Positions 8,259 to 17,705 of a DNA stretch of 41,465 nucleotides are shown here, one piece after another; the stretch's first letter is position 1; the number at the start of each line of letters is the position of its first letter. The notes below the pieces were generated by a model, which worked only from the letters and a program-made list of their open reading frames with translations, made no database searches and was not told the origin of the DNA. The position numbers and the translations under genes were made by a program. Origin of the DNA: Dehalococcoidales bacterium (lineage in GTDB: Bacteria; Chloroflexota; Dehalococcoidia; Dehalococcoidales; UBA2162). Where the stretch lies: positions 1 through 41,465 of the forward strand of contig JAUSGV010000008.1 in the NCBI GenBank assembly GCA_030648675.1, written 5' to 3'.

Positions 8259-9001
8259 GCCGAAGGTACGATCTCGATAAATTCCTCCGGGAAATTGTGC
8301 CGGCTCAACTGCCAGGCTAAGCCCTGATTGTTCAACCAGATCAAAGCCTTTCTGGTGTCGCTGGCGATCCTGGCTTTATCGGAATTTTTCATGCGGAATT
8401 TGAACAGCCAGTAAGTAAATTCTTTCAGTTCCGTCAGGCTGGTGGATTGCAGCTGCGGCGCACCTTTTTCTTCCCTGAAGTTTCGCAGCAGCATAGCTTT
8501 GGTGGCGCCATAAACACGGCGGTGCGACTCATTCGTGACAAAATCGCTTTCCCGTGTCAGGCCGGCGGAGTGTCTTTCCTTTCTAACCTCTTCCTCGATA
8601 ACCAGGAGCAAAGCTTCTTCGACAGTTACACCGTAGAAGAAATTGAGATACTGATGGTGCTTCTTCCGGCCGAGCAATTCTTCAAATTCGTCCTCCGTCA
8701 GCGCCAGCGGCGGCTCACCGTGGAACAGGAATGCTGTCAATTCCGCCTCGGGAATATAATCTTCTACGGCTTCGCACAACCTTTCCGCCACCAGCAGCCA
8801 GTCCAAAGCTTCGTTGGCAATCAGGTAGTGGAAGGTACGGCCATTATGGGATTCTTCAGGCAGGTCCCATAGCCGTATCGACTCCAGCAGAGCCGCGTAC
8901 CAGTGCTTGCCGCTCAGAATGGCTTCCCTTAAATGCCTTATTGCCTCAGGTTCGTACGCGGCCGTCTCGGAGGACGATGGGTCTTGTGTATCATGCACCA
9001 T
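8249..9001 (-). CDS. Hypothetical protein (250 aa, acidic, no motif I recognise)
   Basis: ATG-initiated ORF whose codon usage looks like its neighbours. Its 3' end overlaps the valS 3' end by 10 nt (convergent). No catalytic or transmembrane signature is visible. Confidence 0.6.
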   Translation of the reverse strand: MVHDTQDPSSSETAAYEPEAIRHLREAILSGKHWYAALLESIRLWDLPEESHNGRTFHYLIANEALDWLLVAERLCEAVEDYIPEAELTAFLFHGEPPLALTEDEFEELLGRKKHHQYLNFFYGVTVEEALLLVIEEEVRKERHSAGLTRESDFVTNESHRRVYGATKAMLLRNFREEKGAPQLQSTSLTELKEFTYWLFKFRMKNSDKARIASDTRKALIWLNNQGLAWQLSRHNFPEEFIEIVPSAHV

Positions 9002-9115
9002 ATTGAGGCTATTTTAACACAGACGATGGCGAATAATGATTTACGATTAACGATTTAAGTATTTTTATGCAACCAGACCCATTTATAAATCATGAATCTT
9101 GAATCGTGGCAGCAA

Positions 9116-10834
9116 TCATTTCTTCAAGGCAGCCAGGAACTCGCGAAGCGGCCGCGTATTAAGCACATCTTTCGCTTCGCACCACCCGCGCCGGGCAATA
9201 CCGATGTCGAAACGCATAAAACCTAAGTGCTCGACAGAATGACTGTCGGTGCTCATAATCATTTTCACGCCTAATTCCCGGGCGCGGTAGATGTGCTTAT
9301 CCTTGAGGTCGAGCCGGCCGGGCGAGGCATTTATCTCCAGTATAGTACCGGTCCGGAGCGCCGCTTTGAAAAGCTCTTCCATATCCACCGCCACCGGCTC
9401 CCTGCCGGGCAGGAGACGGCACGTCGGGTGGGCATACATATCGACGTTCGGATTTTCCATCGCTTTGATGATGCGCCCCATCATCTTTTCCCGGCTTTCG
9501 TTAAATCCGGAATGTATCGAGGCGATGACAAAATCGAGCTTCACCAGTGCTTCGTCAGGCATATCAAGTTTGCCGTCGGCGTGGATATCGACCTCCATCC
9601 CTGTCAGTACGCGAATGCCCTTCAACTTTCGGTTCAACTCTTTTATTGCCGCTATCTGTTTACCCAGACGCTCGACATCCAGCCCTTTGGTAATTCCCAG
9701 CCCCCGCGAATGGTCGGTGATGGCAATGTACTCATAGCCCCGTTCCTTCGCCGCCGCCGCTTCGTCTTCAAGACTATCACGGCCGTCGCTCCAATCAGTA
9801 TGCACGTGCAGATCACCCTTGATATCGCCTAGCTCAATAAGCCTGGGGATTTCTCCTTTTGCCGCCTTTTCAATTTCGCGTCCCGCTTCCCTTATTTCCG
9901 GAGGTATGTACTGCAGACCCAACCGTTTATAAAATGCCTCTTCGGTGGCAAACTTTTCCAATTCTCCGGTCTTAACGTCGGTAATGCCGTACTCGGAAAG
10001 ACTGAATCCCTGTCGTAGTGCTCTCTTCCGCAATATTATGTTATGTTCTTTACTGCCTGTGAAATACTGCAGCAGGGAACCAAAGTCTTCGTGTTCCATG
10101 ATACGCAGGTCGACCTGGAGACCGCCGGCTACCCTGACGCTGGCTTTGGTCTGCCCGCGAGAAATTATCTCGTGAACGAATGGCAACGTGGTGAAAGCGT
10201 TAATCACTGCTTCAGCATCGCTGGCCGTACCCATTAGGTCGATGTCTCCTATCGTCTCGCGGAAACGGCGCAGGCTGCCGGCGGCAACCAGGTTTTTTAA
10301 TCCCGGGACATCCTTTAACTGTGCCGTGATTTCATCGACTACGGTCAGTGCTTCGCCGATGGGAATTCGCTGGTCTTTTCGCCGCAAGGCCTGGATGTTG
10401 TGCAAAATATTTTCGGCGGTCTTGTCGCCCATGCGGTAAAGTTTGCTCACCCGTCCGCTGACAATGGCGGCTTCGAGTTCTTCGATAGAGGTAATTCCAA
10501 GTTCAGTCGCGAGCAGATTGGCCGTTTTCGGCCCGACTCCGGGGATATCGAGGAAAGTCGTGATGCCTTTGGGGAATTCCTTTTTGGGGTCTTCGAAGAG
10601 TTTTAGTTTTCCAGTTTTCACGAGGTCAATAATCTTCTGTTCGATGGCCTCGCCCACGCCGGGGATTTCCCTGAGGTTCTTGCCTTCTTTGACAACCTGC
10701 TCCAGCTCAACCGATGAATGCTCGATGGAACGGGCCGCCTTCTGATAGGCACGGATCTTAAAGGGATTCTCCCCTTTCAGATCGAGGAGGTCGGCGACGT
10801 CATAGAAGACCTTGGCGATTTCGGTGTTGTTCAC
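9116..10834 (-). CDS. Family-X DNA polymerase with C-terminal PHP domain (PolX)
   Basis: 572 aa with a GTG start. N-terminal motifs include NPFKIRAYQKAARSIE, HhH motifs and GSLRR..ETIGDIDL. The PHP phosphoesterase half carries DLHVHTDWSDG and ITDHS. Confidence 0.9.
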   Translation of the reverse strand: MNNTEIAKVFYDVADLLDLKGENPFKIRAYQKAARSIEHSSVELEQVVKEGKNLREIPGVGEAIEQKIIDLVKTGKLKLFEDPKKEFPKGITTFLDIPGVGPKTANLLATELGITSIEELEAAIVSGRVSKLYRMGDKTAENILHNIQALRRKDQRIPIGEALTVVDEITAQLKDVPGLKNLVAAGSLRRFRETIGDIDLMGTASDAEAVINAFTTLPFVHEIISRGQTKASVRVAGGLQVDLRIMEHEDFGSLLQYFTGSKEHNIILRKRALRQGFSLSEYGITDVKTGELEKFATEEAFYKRLGLQYIPPEIREAGREIEKAAKGEIPRLIELGDIKGDLHVHTDWSDGRDSLEDEAAAAKERGYEYIAITDHSRGLGITKGLDVERLGKQIAAIKELNRKLKGIRVLTGMEVDIHADGKLDMPDEALVKLDFVIASIHSGFNESREKMMGRIIKAMENPNVDMYAHPTCRLLPGREPVAVDMEELFKAALRTGTILEINASPGRLDLKDKHIYRARELGVKMIMSTDSHSVEHLGFMRFDIGIARRGWCEAKDVLNTRPLREFLAALKK

Positions 10835-10934
10835 AGTATTATTTTATATCATCCGGAGGGTTTCCGCGGGTAACTCCGTACGAATCGGTCGAATGACAAA
10901 ACAAGCGTGGGTAGGCAAAAATCAATTTTTATGA

Positions 10935-11636
10935 TTAGTTTGAAACAGTAGGAGAGCGTGAAAGCCCTGCCACGTACAATGTAAGTTCCGGCAACTGCCG
11001 CTCCACTTGAAAGCCATTTTGTACCAGTAAGTCATGCATGGTCGGATTGCGGTAGATCAACCTTAATTTACGGGGATGGCGGGTTAAGCTTCTATTGAGT
11101 TTACCAATGGTATCGGCGAAGACAGCACCGGCAAACGGGTTATACATGTAGACAATTGATACATCGTCCGGAACCTCGTAATCCAAAACATTTGTGGAAA
11201 TCAATTCGACATTTCGACATTTGAGACGGTGCAGGTTCTTGCGGATGTTGCTCCGGGCAATCGCACAAAGATCTTCGGATTTTTCAACGCCAATCACTTT
11301 TTTAAAGTGATAATTGCGAGCCGCCACATAGACCATGCGACCTTTACCGGATCCAAAGTCGATGAAAACATCTTCACGTGAAACATTGTAACCGAGTGTA
11401 CCCTTGAGGTCCCACCAGTTCCCCGGTGTATAGGTATAGCCTGTGTTCGCATCAAAACCTAGCTTGTCGTAACTGACATCCTGGGCCGAATTGATTCCCA
11501 GCATTAAATCACCCAGGTATTGCTTCAGGAATCTCACTTTGCTGAATACCGCTTTCGGTAAGAAGCGCAGGACACACCTGACTGCCAAGCTTTCGCATTG
11601 CATCATCAGCCGATCCGCCCAGCCCTTTAGCCACAT
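10935..11636 (-). CDS. Class-I SAM-dependent methyltransferase (substrate unknown)
   Basis: 233 aa with an ATG start. The motif-I-like segment VFIDFGSGKGRMVYVAA is followed by VIGVE. Nothing further can be specified. Confidence 0.7.
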   Translation of the reverse strand: MWLKGWADRLMMQCESLAVRCVLRFLPKAVFSKVRFLKQYLGDLMLGINSAQDVSYDKLGFDANTGYTYTPGNWWDLKGTLGYNVSREDVFIDFGSGKGRMVYVAARNYHFKKVIGVEKSEDLCAIARSNIRKNLHRLKCRNVELISTNVLDYEVPDDVSIVYMYNPFAGAVFADTIGKLNRSLTRHPRKLRLIYRNPTMHDLLVQNGFQVERQLPELTLYVAGLSRSPTVSN

Positions 11637-11801
11637 CCTAAAGATTTATCCTATAATTAATTTCATTCTTTCGTTTTTTTCGAAAATACGCATGAATCCG
11701 CATTTTACTCCCGGTATTGAACCCGTCCGATTTCTATCGACACAATTATTTAATAATCATTTTCTTTTTCCGGCAACTATCCTTTTGTTACCTAACCCAC
11801 A

Positions 11802-11890
11802 CCGATTCGTTCCCTCATACTGTGTCCCGTATGACCGAAGGGAATCGGGATATAACGAAGGGAATCGGGGTATATCCGAAGAAAATCGGG
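11802..11890. repeat. 48-nt imperfect palindromic element (11802-11849) plus two extra right-arm half copies
   Basis: The element is ccgattcgttccctcatac..cccgtatgaccgaagggaatcggg, and its arms are mutually complementary. Right-arm half copies lie at 11856-11870 (cgaagggaatcgggg) and 11876-11890 (ccgaagaaaatcggg). It shares 38/48 positions with 16122-16169. Confidence 0.75.
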
Positions 11891-11941
11891 ACTTTACAAA
11901 AGGGGGAGGTTAAGCTTCCGTTGATAGTCGTTCGCGGGCTA

Positions 11942-14761
11942 TTATTTCCCGTGGCAGTGCTTGTATTTCTTGCCCGAACCGCAGTGGCAGGGGTCGTTGC
12001 GTCCGATCTTTTTATTACCGCCTGTCTTTTCCAACTCGCTCTGTCCGGTACCGCCGCCGGAAAGAACCTTCGTCATGGGTGAGACAGGCACCTGCGCCGG
12101 CGCTTCCTGCCGGGTAACAGTTACGTGATAGATCTGGTGTGCAACATCATGCTGAATAGTATCCTTCAATATCTGGAACTGCTGATATCCCTGATTTTTA
12201 TAGGCGTCGATGGCCTTCACCTGCCGTAGCTGCTCCCAACCGGCCTGGAGACGCATGTGTTCCATGTTAGTGAGATGCTCAACCCAGAGGTTATCTATAA
12301 CGCTAAGCATCAACAGCCCCTCTACCTTACGCATAATACCGGCAGTAACCTCGGCTTCTTTATTGTTATAGACAGCAATGGAAGCTTCAACCAGGGCATC
12401 TTCAAGCGGGATCTGCCCCATTGTAGCAGCCGAACTCTTGATCTCCGCCGGTACAGGGAATATTGTGCCGACCTCACCGAGCAACCCCTCCACATCCATT
12501 TCGCCTTCCGGTCCCGTGGCGGCATGAGAAGCGATGTCGTTGCGGATTTCATCCTCGACCATATCGAGAATGTTTGTCTTCAAGTCGCCGCCGCTTAATA
12601 CTTTGCGGCGGTCGGTGTAGATCAATTCACGCTGCTGGTTCACCACGTCGTCGTATTCCACCAGGCTTTTGCGGACATCGAAATTATATCCTTCAACCCT
12701 CACCTGAGCCCCTTCGATGGTGCGGTTGACCAGCTTGTTCTCGATGGCCATATTTTCGTCCATCCCCGCCCATTCCATGATGCCTTTGACACGGTCGCCG
12801 CCGAAGCGCCGGACGATGTCGTCTTCCAGTGAAACGTAAAAGCGGGTGCTGCCCGGATCCCCCTGGCGGCCGGAACGTCCGCGCAACTGGTTGTCGATAC
12901 GCCGCGATTCGTGCCGCTCGGTACCGATAACACAAAGGCCGCCTAGTTCGATAACTTTATCGTGGTCGGCCTGCCAATCCTTCGGTTCGCGACCTTCTGG
13001 ACTGCCGCCGAGAATAATGTCGACGCCGCGGCCGGCCATGTTGGTGGCTACGGTAACCGCTCCCAGCCGCCCCGCCTGTGCCACTATCAAACCTTCTTTC
13101 TCATGCAGCTTGGCGTTCAATACCTGGTGCGTTACGCCCTTCCGCTTTAACATATCGCTGAGGAGCTCGGATTTTTCGATGGATACGGTACCGATCAAAA
13201 CCGGCCTCTTTTGCTTGTAAAGCTCATCGATCTCGTTCACCACCGCCTTGAACTTCGTCGTCAGGTCCTTATAAATACGGTCGGGGTGGTCTTCGCGGAT
13301 AGCCGGCTTGTTGGTCGGGATCGTAACCACCTCGAGCTTATAAATCTTGTGAAACTCTTCCGCCTCGGTAGCGGCCGTACCGGTCATACCCGCGAGTTTC
13401 CGGTACATGCGGAAGTAGTTCTGAATGGTTATCGTGGCGTAGGTCTTGGTTTCTTCCTGTATCTTGACGTGCTCTTTGGCTTCGATGGCCTGGTGGAGCC
13501 CCTCGGAATAGCGGCGTCCCATCATCAGATGACCGGTAAATTCATCGACGATTATCACCTCACCGTCTTTGATCATGTACTGCTGGTCGCGCTTATAAAA
13601 CTCCTTGGCGGTAAGGGAATTTCTCAGGTGATGCATCAGGGAGACGTTCACCGGGTCATACAGGCTTTCCCCTTTCAGCATGCCTTCCTGCTTCAATATC
13701 CTTTCGACAGCAGCGTACCCGGAGTCGGTCGGTTCGATACTACGTTCCTTCTCTTTGACCTCGTAATCCGTTACGGGGTTTAATCTTTCCGCCAGTTTGG
13801 CAAAGTACTGGTAGGATTTTTCGGTCTGCGGCGCCGGCCCGCTGATGATAAGCGGGGTACGGGCTTCGTCAATAAGCAGGTTGTCCACCTCATCGACGAT
13901 GGCGTAGCTCTGCGGCAGGCGCTGTACGCACCGCGACAAATCCACGGCCATGTTATCGCGCAAATAATCGAACCCGAACTCGGCGCTGGTGCCATAGGTG
14001 ATATCCGCTTTATAGGCCTGCTGCCGTGTTATCGGCCGGAAATGCACCCAAAGCTTTTCTCCGGAGTCGAAGGCCGGGTCGTAAAGCCGCGACGGGGTAA
14101 AATCGTCCTGCGACTGTTGCGGGAATATGCTGGCAACAGTCAACCCCAGAGCATGAAAAACCGGCCCCATCCAGTAAGGGTCGCGCCGTGCCAGGTAATC
14201 GTTCACCGTAACCAGGTGGCAGCCTTTACCAGTCAGGGCGTTCAGGTACAGAGGCAGCGTGGCGACCAGCGTTTTGCCTTCGCCTGTCCTCATTTCGGCT
14301 ATCTTGCCCTGGTGCAGCACGATACCGCCGATCAACTGGACGTCGTAGTGGCGCTGGCCGATAGTTCTTTTCGCCGCTTCGCGAACCGCGGCGAAAGCTT
14401 CCGGCAGTAATTCTTCGAGGGCAGCGGTTTCGTCGTTCTGCTTGTCTTTCTCTATCTGGGCGACTTTATCTTCCAGGGATTTGACCTTGTAGGTCTCCCC
14501 CTGGCATTGCTGTTCGTCTTCGGCGGAGGCAATCCTTTGTTTCGCTTCATCCAGCTCTTTCCGGGCGTCAGCCAGGCGCTGCGTGACCTCGGCGGTCTGT
14601 TGCGCCAGATAATTTCGGAATTCTTGGGTTTTGCCGCGCAGTTCTTCGTCAGTTAACTTCTGAAACTCGGGCTCCAGTTCGTTTATTTGATGGACTAACG
14701 GCTGCAAACGATCGAGTGCTTTATCATTTGAATCAACCAGCTTTCCAAGCCATTTAAACAT
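11942..14761 (-). CDS. secA: Preprotein translocase ATPase SecA
   Basis: 939 aa with MRTGEGKTLVATLP (Walker A), DEVDNLLIDEARTPLIISG and TNMAGRGVDI. The C-terminal zinc finger is CHCGSGKKYKHCHG. Confidence 0.97.
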   Translation of the reverse strand: MFKWLGKLVDSNDKALDRLQPLVHQINELEPEFQKLTDEELRGKTQEFRNYLAQQTAEVTQRLADARKELDEAKQRIASAEDEQQCQGETYKVKSLEDKVAQIEKDKQNDETAALEELLPEAFAAVREAAKRTIGQRHYDVQLIGGIVLHQGKIAEMRTGEGKTLVATLPLYLNALTGKGCHLVTVNDYLARRDPYWMGPVFHALGLTVASIFPQQSQDDFTPSRLYDPAFDSGEKLWVHFRPITRQQAYKADITYGTSAEFGFDYLRDNMAVDLSRCVQRLPQSYAIVDEVDNLLIDEARTPLIISGPAPQTEKSYQYFAKLAERLNPVTDYEVKEKERSIEPTDSGYAAVERILKQEGMLKGESLYDPVNVSLMHHLRNSLTAKEFYKRDQQYMIKDGEVIIVDEFTGHLMMGRRYSEGLHQAIEAKEHVKIQEETKTYATITIQNYFRMYRKLAGMTGTAATEAEEFHKIYKLEVVTIPTNKPAIREDHPDRIYKDLTTKFKAVVNEIDELYKQKRPVLIGTVSIEKSELLSDMLKRKGVTHQVLNAKLHEKEGLIVAQAGRLGAVTVATNMAGRGVDIILGGSPEGREPKDWQADHDKVIELGGLCVIGTERHESRRIDNQLRGRSGRQGDPGSTRFYVSLEDDIVRRFGGDRVKGIMEWAGMDENMAIENKLVNRTIEGAQVRVEGYNFDVRKSLVEYDDVVNQQRELIYTDRRKVLSGGDLKTNILDMVEDEIRNDIASHAATGPEGEMDVEGLLGEVGTIFPVPAEIKSSAATMGQIPLEDALVEASIAVYNNKEAEVTAGIMRKVEGLLMLSVIDNLWVEHLTNMEHMRLQAGWEQLRQVKAIDAYKNQGYQQFQILKDTIQHDVAHQIYHVTVTRQEAPAQVPVSPMTKVLSGGGTGQSELEKTGGNKKIGRNDPCHCGSGKKYKHCHGK

Positions 14762-14840
14762 GTGTTTTACCTATCCCCCTTCCTGGGAGGGGAAGAATCC
14801 TTTTTATTTAGTTCCCTGTATTATATGCCAACTCTATCTT

Positions 14841-14995
14841 GTCATTGCGAGATTCAGCTTCGAGCTGAACCGAAGCAATCTCAATGAATGGTTTTTCGTA
14901 TTTCGTGCTTCGGATTTATCGTGTTTGGTTATTGCATCTTGGTTTTTGTAATTTGTTTGGAATTTGTATTTCGGGATTTGGAATTTCGTTAACTT
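14841..14995. repeat. Composite of short intergenic repeat motifs (secA-prs spacer)
   Basis: gtcattgcgag (14841-14851) has the inverse form ctcgcaatgac at 21971-21981. ttcgtgcttcggattt (14902-14917) is the exact reverse complement of 16058-16073. Low-complexity ggaattt/gggattt runs extend to about 14990. Confidence 0.7.
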
Positions 14996-15005
14996 TTTAG
15001 TTGTT

Positions 15006-15956
15006 TCACGCTTGTTGTTCGGCAAACATTGCTCCAACCGATTGACCGGTATGAATACGGTGCATAGCTTCGCCAAGCAAGGGGGCTATCGATAAAACCG
15101 TAATCTTATCTAATTTCTTTGCCGCGGGAAGCGGCAACGAATCGGTAACGATAACTTCCTTGACAGGCGATGCGGAAATCCGCTGGATCGCCGGGCCGGA
15201 AAAAACGGGATGGGTGCAGCAGGCATACACCTCTGTAGCTCCCCGACCCAGCAAAGCGGTTACCGTATTTACCATGGAGCCGGCGGTATCGATCTCATCG
15301 TCCACCGTGAGGGCCACTTTTCCCTGTACGTCACCGATAACATTCAACGTTTCTGTATGTCCTGCGTTATCCACCCGCCGCTTTTCCATGATCGCCAGAG
15401 GGGCTTTCAGACGTTCGGCCGCGTCGCGGGCACGTTTGGAGATACCGATATCGGTAGCAACAACTACCAGGTCTTTGAGGTTCTTGTTCCGGAAATAATC
15501 CGTCAGCAAAGGGAGAGCGGTCAGCTCATCGACCGGTATGTTGAAAAAACCCTGGATCTGTGCTGCATGGAAGTCCATCGACAGCAGACGGTTGGCCCCG
15601 GCCGTCGTCAACAGGTCCGCGATCAGCCGCGCGGTGATGGGTACGCGGGGCTGGTCCTTTTTGTCGGTACGTCCGTAGGCGTAATAAGGCACAACCGCCG
15701 TAATACGCCCCGCGGACGCCCGCTTCAGGGCATCCAGCATGATCAAAAGCTCAACAAGGTTCTCATTAACGGGAGAGGACAGCGGTTGGATGACAAACAC
15801 GTCCCGTGAGCGGACGTTTTCCATAATACGCACGAATATATTATCATTGCTGAATTTAAATACCTCACATTTACCCAGAGGTATGCCCATATAATCACAA
15901 ACAGATTTGGCCAGCGCCGGATGGGCGTTGCCAGTAAAAACTTTCAACTCATCCAT
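15006..15956 (-). CDS. prs: Ribose-phosphate pyrophosphokinase
   Basis: 316 aa with the PRPP synthetase motifs ITAVVPYYAYGRTDKK and DDEIDTAGS. Confidence 0.95.
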   Translation of the reverse strand: MDELKVFTGNAHPALAKSVCDYMGIPLGKCEVFKFSNDNIFVRIMENVRSRDVFVIQPLSSPVNENLVELLIMLDALKRASAGRITAVVPYYAYGRTDKKDQPRVPITARLIADLLTTAGANRLLSMDFHAAQIQGFFNIPVDELTALPLLTDYFRNKNLKDLVVVATDIGISKRARDAAERLKAPLAIMEKRRVDNAGHTETLNVIGDVQGKVALTVDDEIDTAGSMVNTVTALLGRGATEVYACCTHPVFSGPAIQRISASPVKEVIVTDSLPLPAAKKLDKITVLSIAPLLGEAMHRIHTGQSVGAMFAEQQA

Positions 15957-16009
15957 TAACTTCGGCTTCCTCCCGAAACGAATTCTGTTACGACAAATAT
16001 TATAGCACC

Positions 16010-16340
16010 AAACTCAAAACTAAAGACTGGGGATTGGGGATTGGTGATTTAAGGATTAAATCCGAAGCACGAACATCATCCCGATTACATACGGGATGGC
16101 TGCGGCTCAAAATCCGAAATGCCGATTCCTTACCTCATACGGCATCCCGCATGAATGGAGTGAATCGGGACAAGTTCGAATAACTGAAATTTTCGAAACC
16201 ATTCCGTGCCCGACACGCCTGCGTGCCATAACGCACTTCTGCGTGCAGGCACGGAATCCGGCTTCCCTCTTTTGTAAAGAGGGATTGAGGGAGATTTAAA
16301 AATCCCTCTGAATCTCCCTTTACGAAAGGGAGAGAAATTG
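16010..16340. repeat. Intergenic repeat island holding at least four repeat types
   Basis: Contents: tggggattggggattgg (16028-16044); aaatccgaagcacgaa (16058-16073); a small hairpin atcccg..cgggat (16078-16097); a 48-nt palindromic element (16122-16169); a hairpin ccctcttt-tgt-aaagaggg (16265-16283); and a 36-nt element (16299-16334) matching 25864-25899 at 34/36 positions. Confidence 0.8.
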
Positions 16341-16428
16341 CATCTTGGATTCCCCGTCTGCACGGGGAATAAAACTGTTAAAGCGCCGCAAAGGCGATAG
16401 TGCCGTGCTGGGGAACATCGCGACTCTT

Positions 16429-17673
16429 TTATATATCGATGCCGGGCACCGGGAACCGCGAGCATACCTTAAGCACATCCTGCCGGGCTCTCTCTTCGAA
16501 ATCGGCGTTACCGTGGTTGGATATCACTTTAACGATGGTGTCGGCAATGAATTTCATTTCTTCCTTACCGAAGCCGCGGCTGGACACCGCCGGAGTACCG
16601 AGCCGGATGCCGCTGGTTATCCTGGCCGAGCGCAGTTCGAAGGGAATACTGTTGCGGTTCACGACGATATTGACCCGGCCCAATGCCTCTTCCGCCTCGA
16701 GACCGGTAACGCCCGTTGAAGTGAGGTCGACCAGTACGAGGTGGTTATCGGTGCCGCCGGAGACAAGCCGCAGTCCGGAATGTTTCAATTCGGCAGCCAG
16801 GGTTTGAGCATTGTCCAGCACCCTTTTTTGATATTCGGTAAAGGCCGGTTGGACAGCCTCGTGGAAAGCAACAGCTTTGCCGGCGATGGCATGCATTAGC
16901 GGGCCGCCTTGCATCATCGGGAAAACCGCAGAATCCAGAGCGGCGGCATACTCTTTACGGCACAATACGAACCCACCGCGGGGTCCGCGCAGGGTCTTGT
17001 GAGTCGTCGACGTGACGATATCGGCATAGGGAACCGGGCTGGGATGCAAACCGACAGACACCATTCCGGCAATGTGGGCGATATCCACCATCACTTTCGC
17101 CCCGACGAGGTCGGCGATATACCGGATGCGCTCAAAATCGATAATTCTCGGATAGGAACTGGCACCGGCCACGATCAGCTTCGGCTGATGTTCTTTGGCC
17201 AGCTTTTCCATCCCGGCATAATCGATCCTTTCGGTCTCGCGGTTAACGCCGTAGTGAATGAAATTATATGATTTCCCGGAAAAACTCACCCCTGCGCCGT
17301 GGGTAAGATGCCCGCCGTGGGCGAGCGTCATACCCATCACGGTATCCCCATAGCTCAGCAGCGTGTAGTAGGCCGCCATGTTGGCCTGGGCGCCGCTGTG
17401 CGGCTGGACGTTGGCATGCCCGGCGTGGAAGATATCTTTGGCCCGTTCTACCGCCAGCGTCTCGATGGTATCCATATTTTCGCAGCCGCCGTAATAGCGG
17501 CGACCAGGATACCCTTCGGCATACTTGTTGGTGAGGAACGAACCTTGAGCTTCCAGCACGGCACTGCTGGCGTAGTTCTCCGAGGCGATAAGGTTTATGG
17601 TCTCTTTCTGACGTTTCTTCTCACGCTCGAGGGCACGGCTGATTTCGGGGTCGACATCATTCAGGGAAAACAT
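16429..17673 (-). CDS. glyA: Serine hydroxymethyltransferase
   Basis: Motifs: [17 protein letters not shown] and the PLP lysine context [14 protein letters not shown]. The track start at 17709 is a TTG overlapping the upstream gene. The ATG at 17673 ([22 protein letters not shown]) fits the usual N-terminus. Confidence 0.95.
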   Translation of the reverse strand: MFSLNDVDPEISRALEREKKRQKETINLIASENYASSAVLEAQGSFLTNKYAEGYPGRRYYGGCENMDTIETLAVERAKDIFHAGHANVQPHSGAQANMAAYYTLLSYGDTVMGMTLAHGGHLTHGAGVSFSGKSYNFIHYGVNRETERIDYAGMEKLAKEHQPKLIVAGASSYPRIIDFERIRYIADLVGAKVMVDIAHIAGMVSVGLHPSPVPYADIVTSTTHKTLRGPRGGFVLCRKEYAAALDSAVFPMMQGGPLMHAIAGKAVAFHEAVQPAFTEYQKRVLDNAQTLAAELKHSGLRLVSGGTDNHLVLVDLTSTGVTGLEAEEALGRVNIVVNRNSIPFELRSARITSGIRLGTPAVSSRGFGKEEMKFIADTIVKVISNHGNADFEERARQDVLKVCSRFPVPGIDI

Positions 17674-17705
17674 TCTAAAAGGATACCAACGAGGATATGC
17701 CGATG

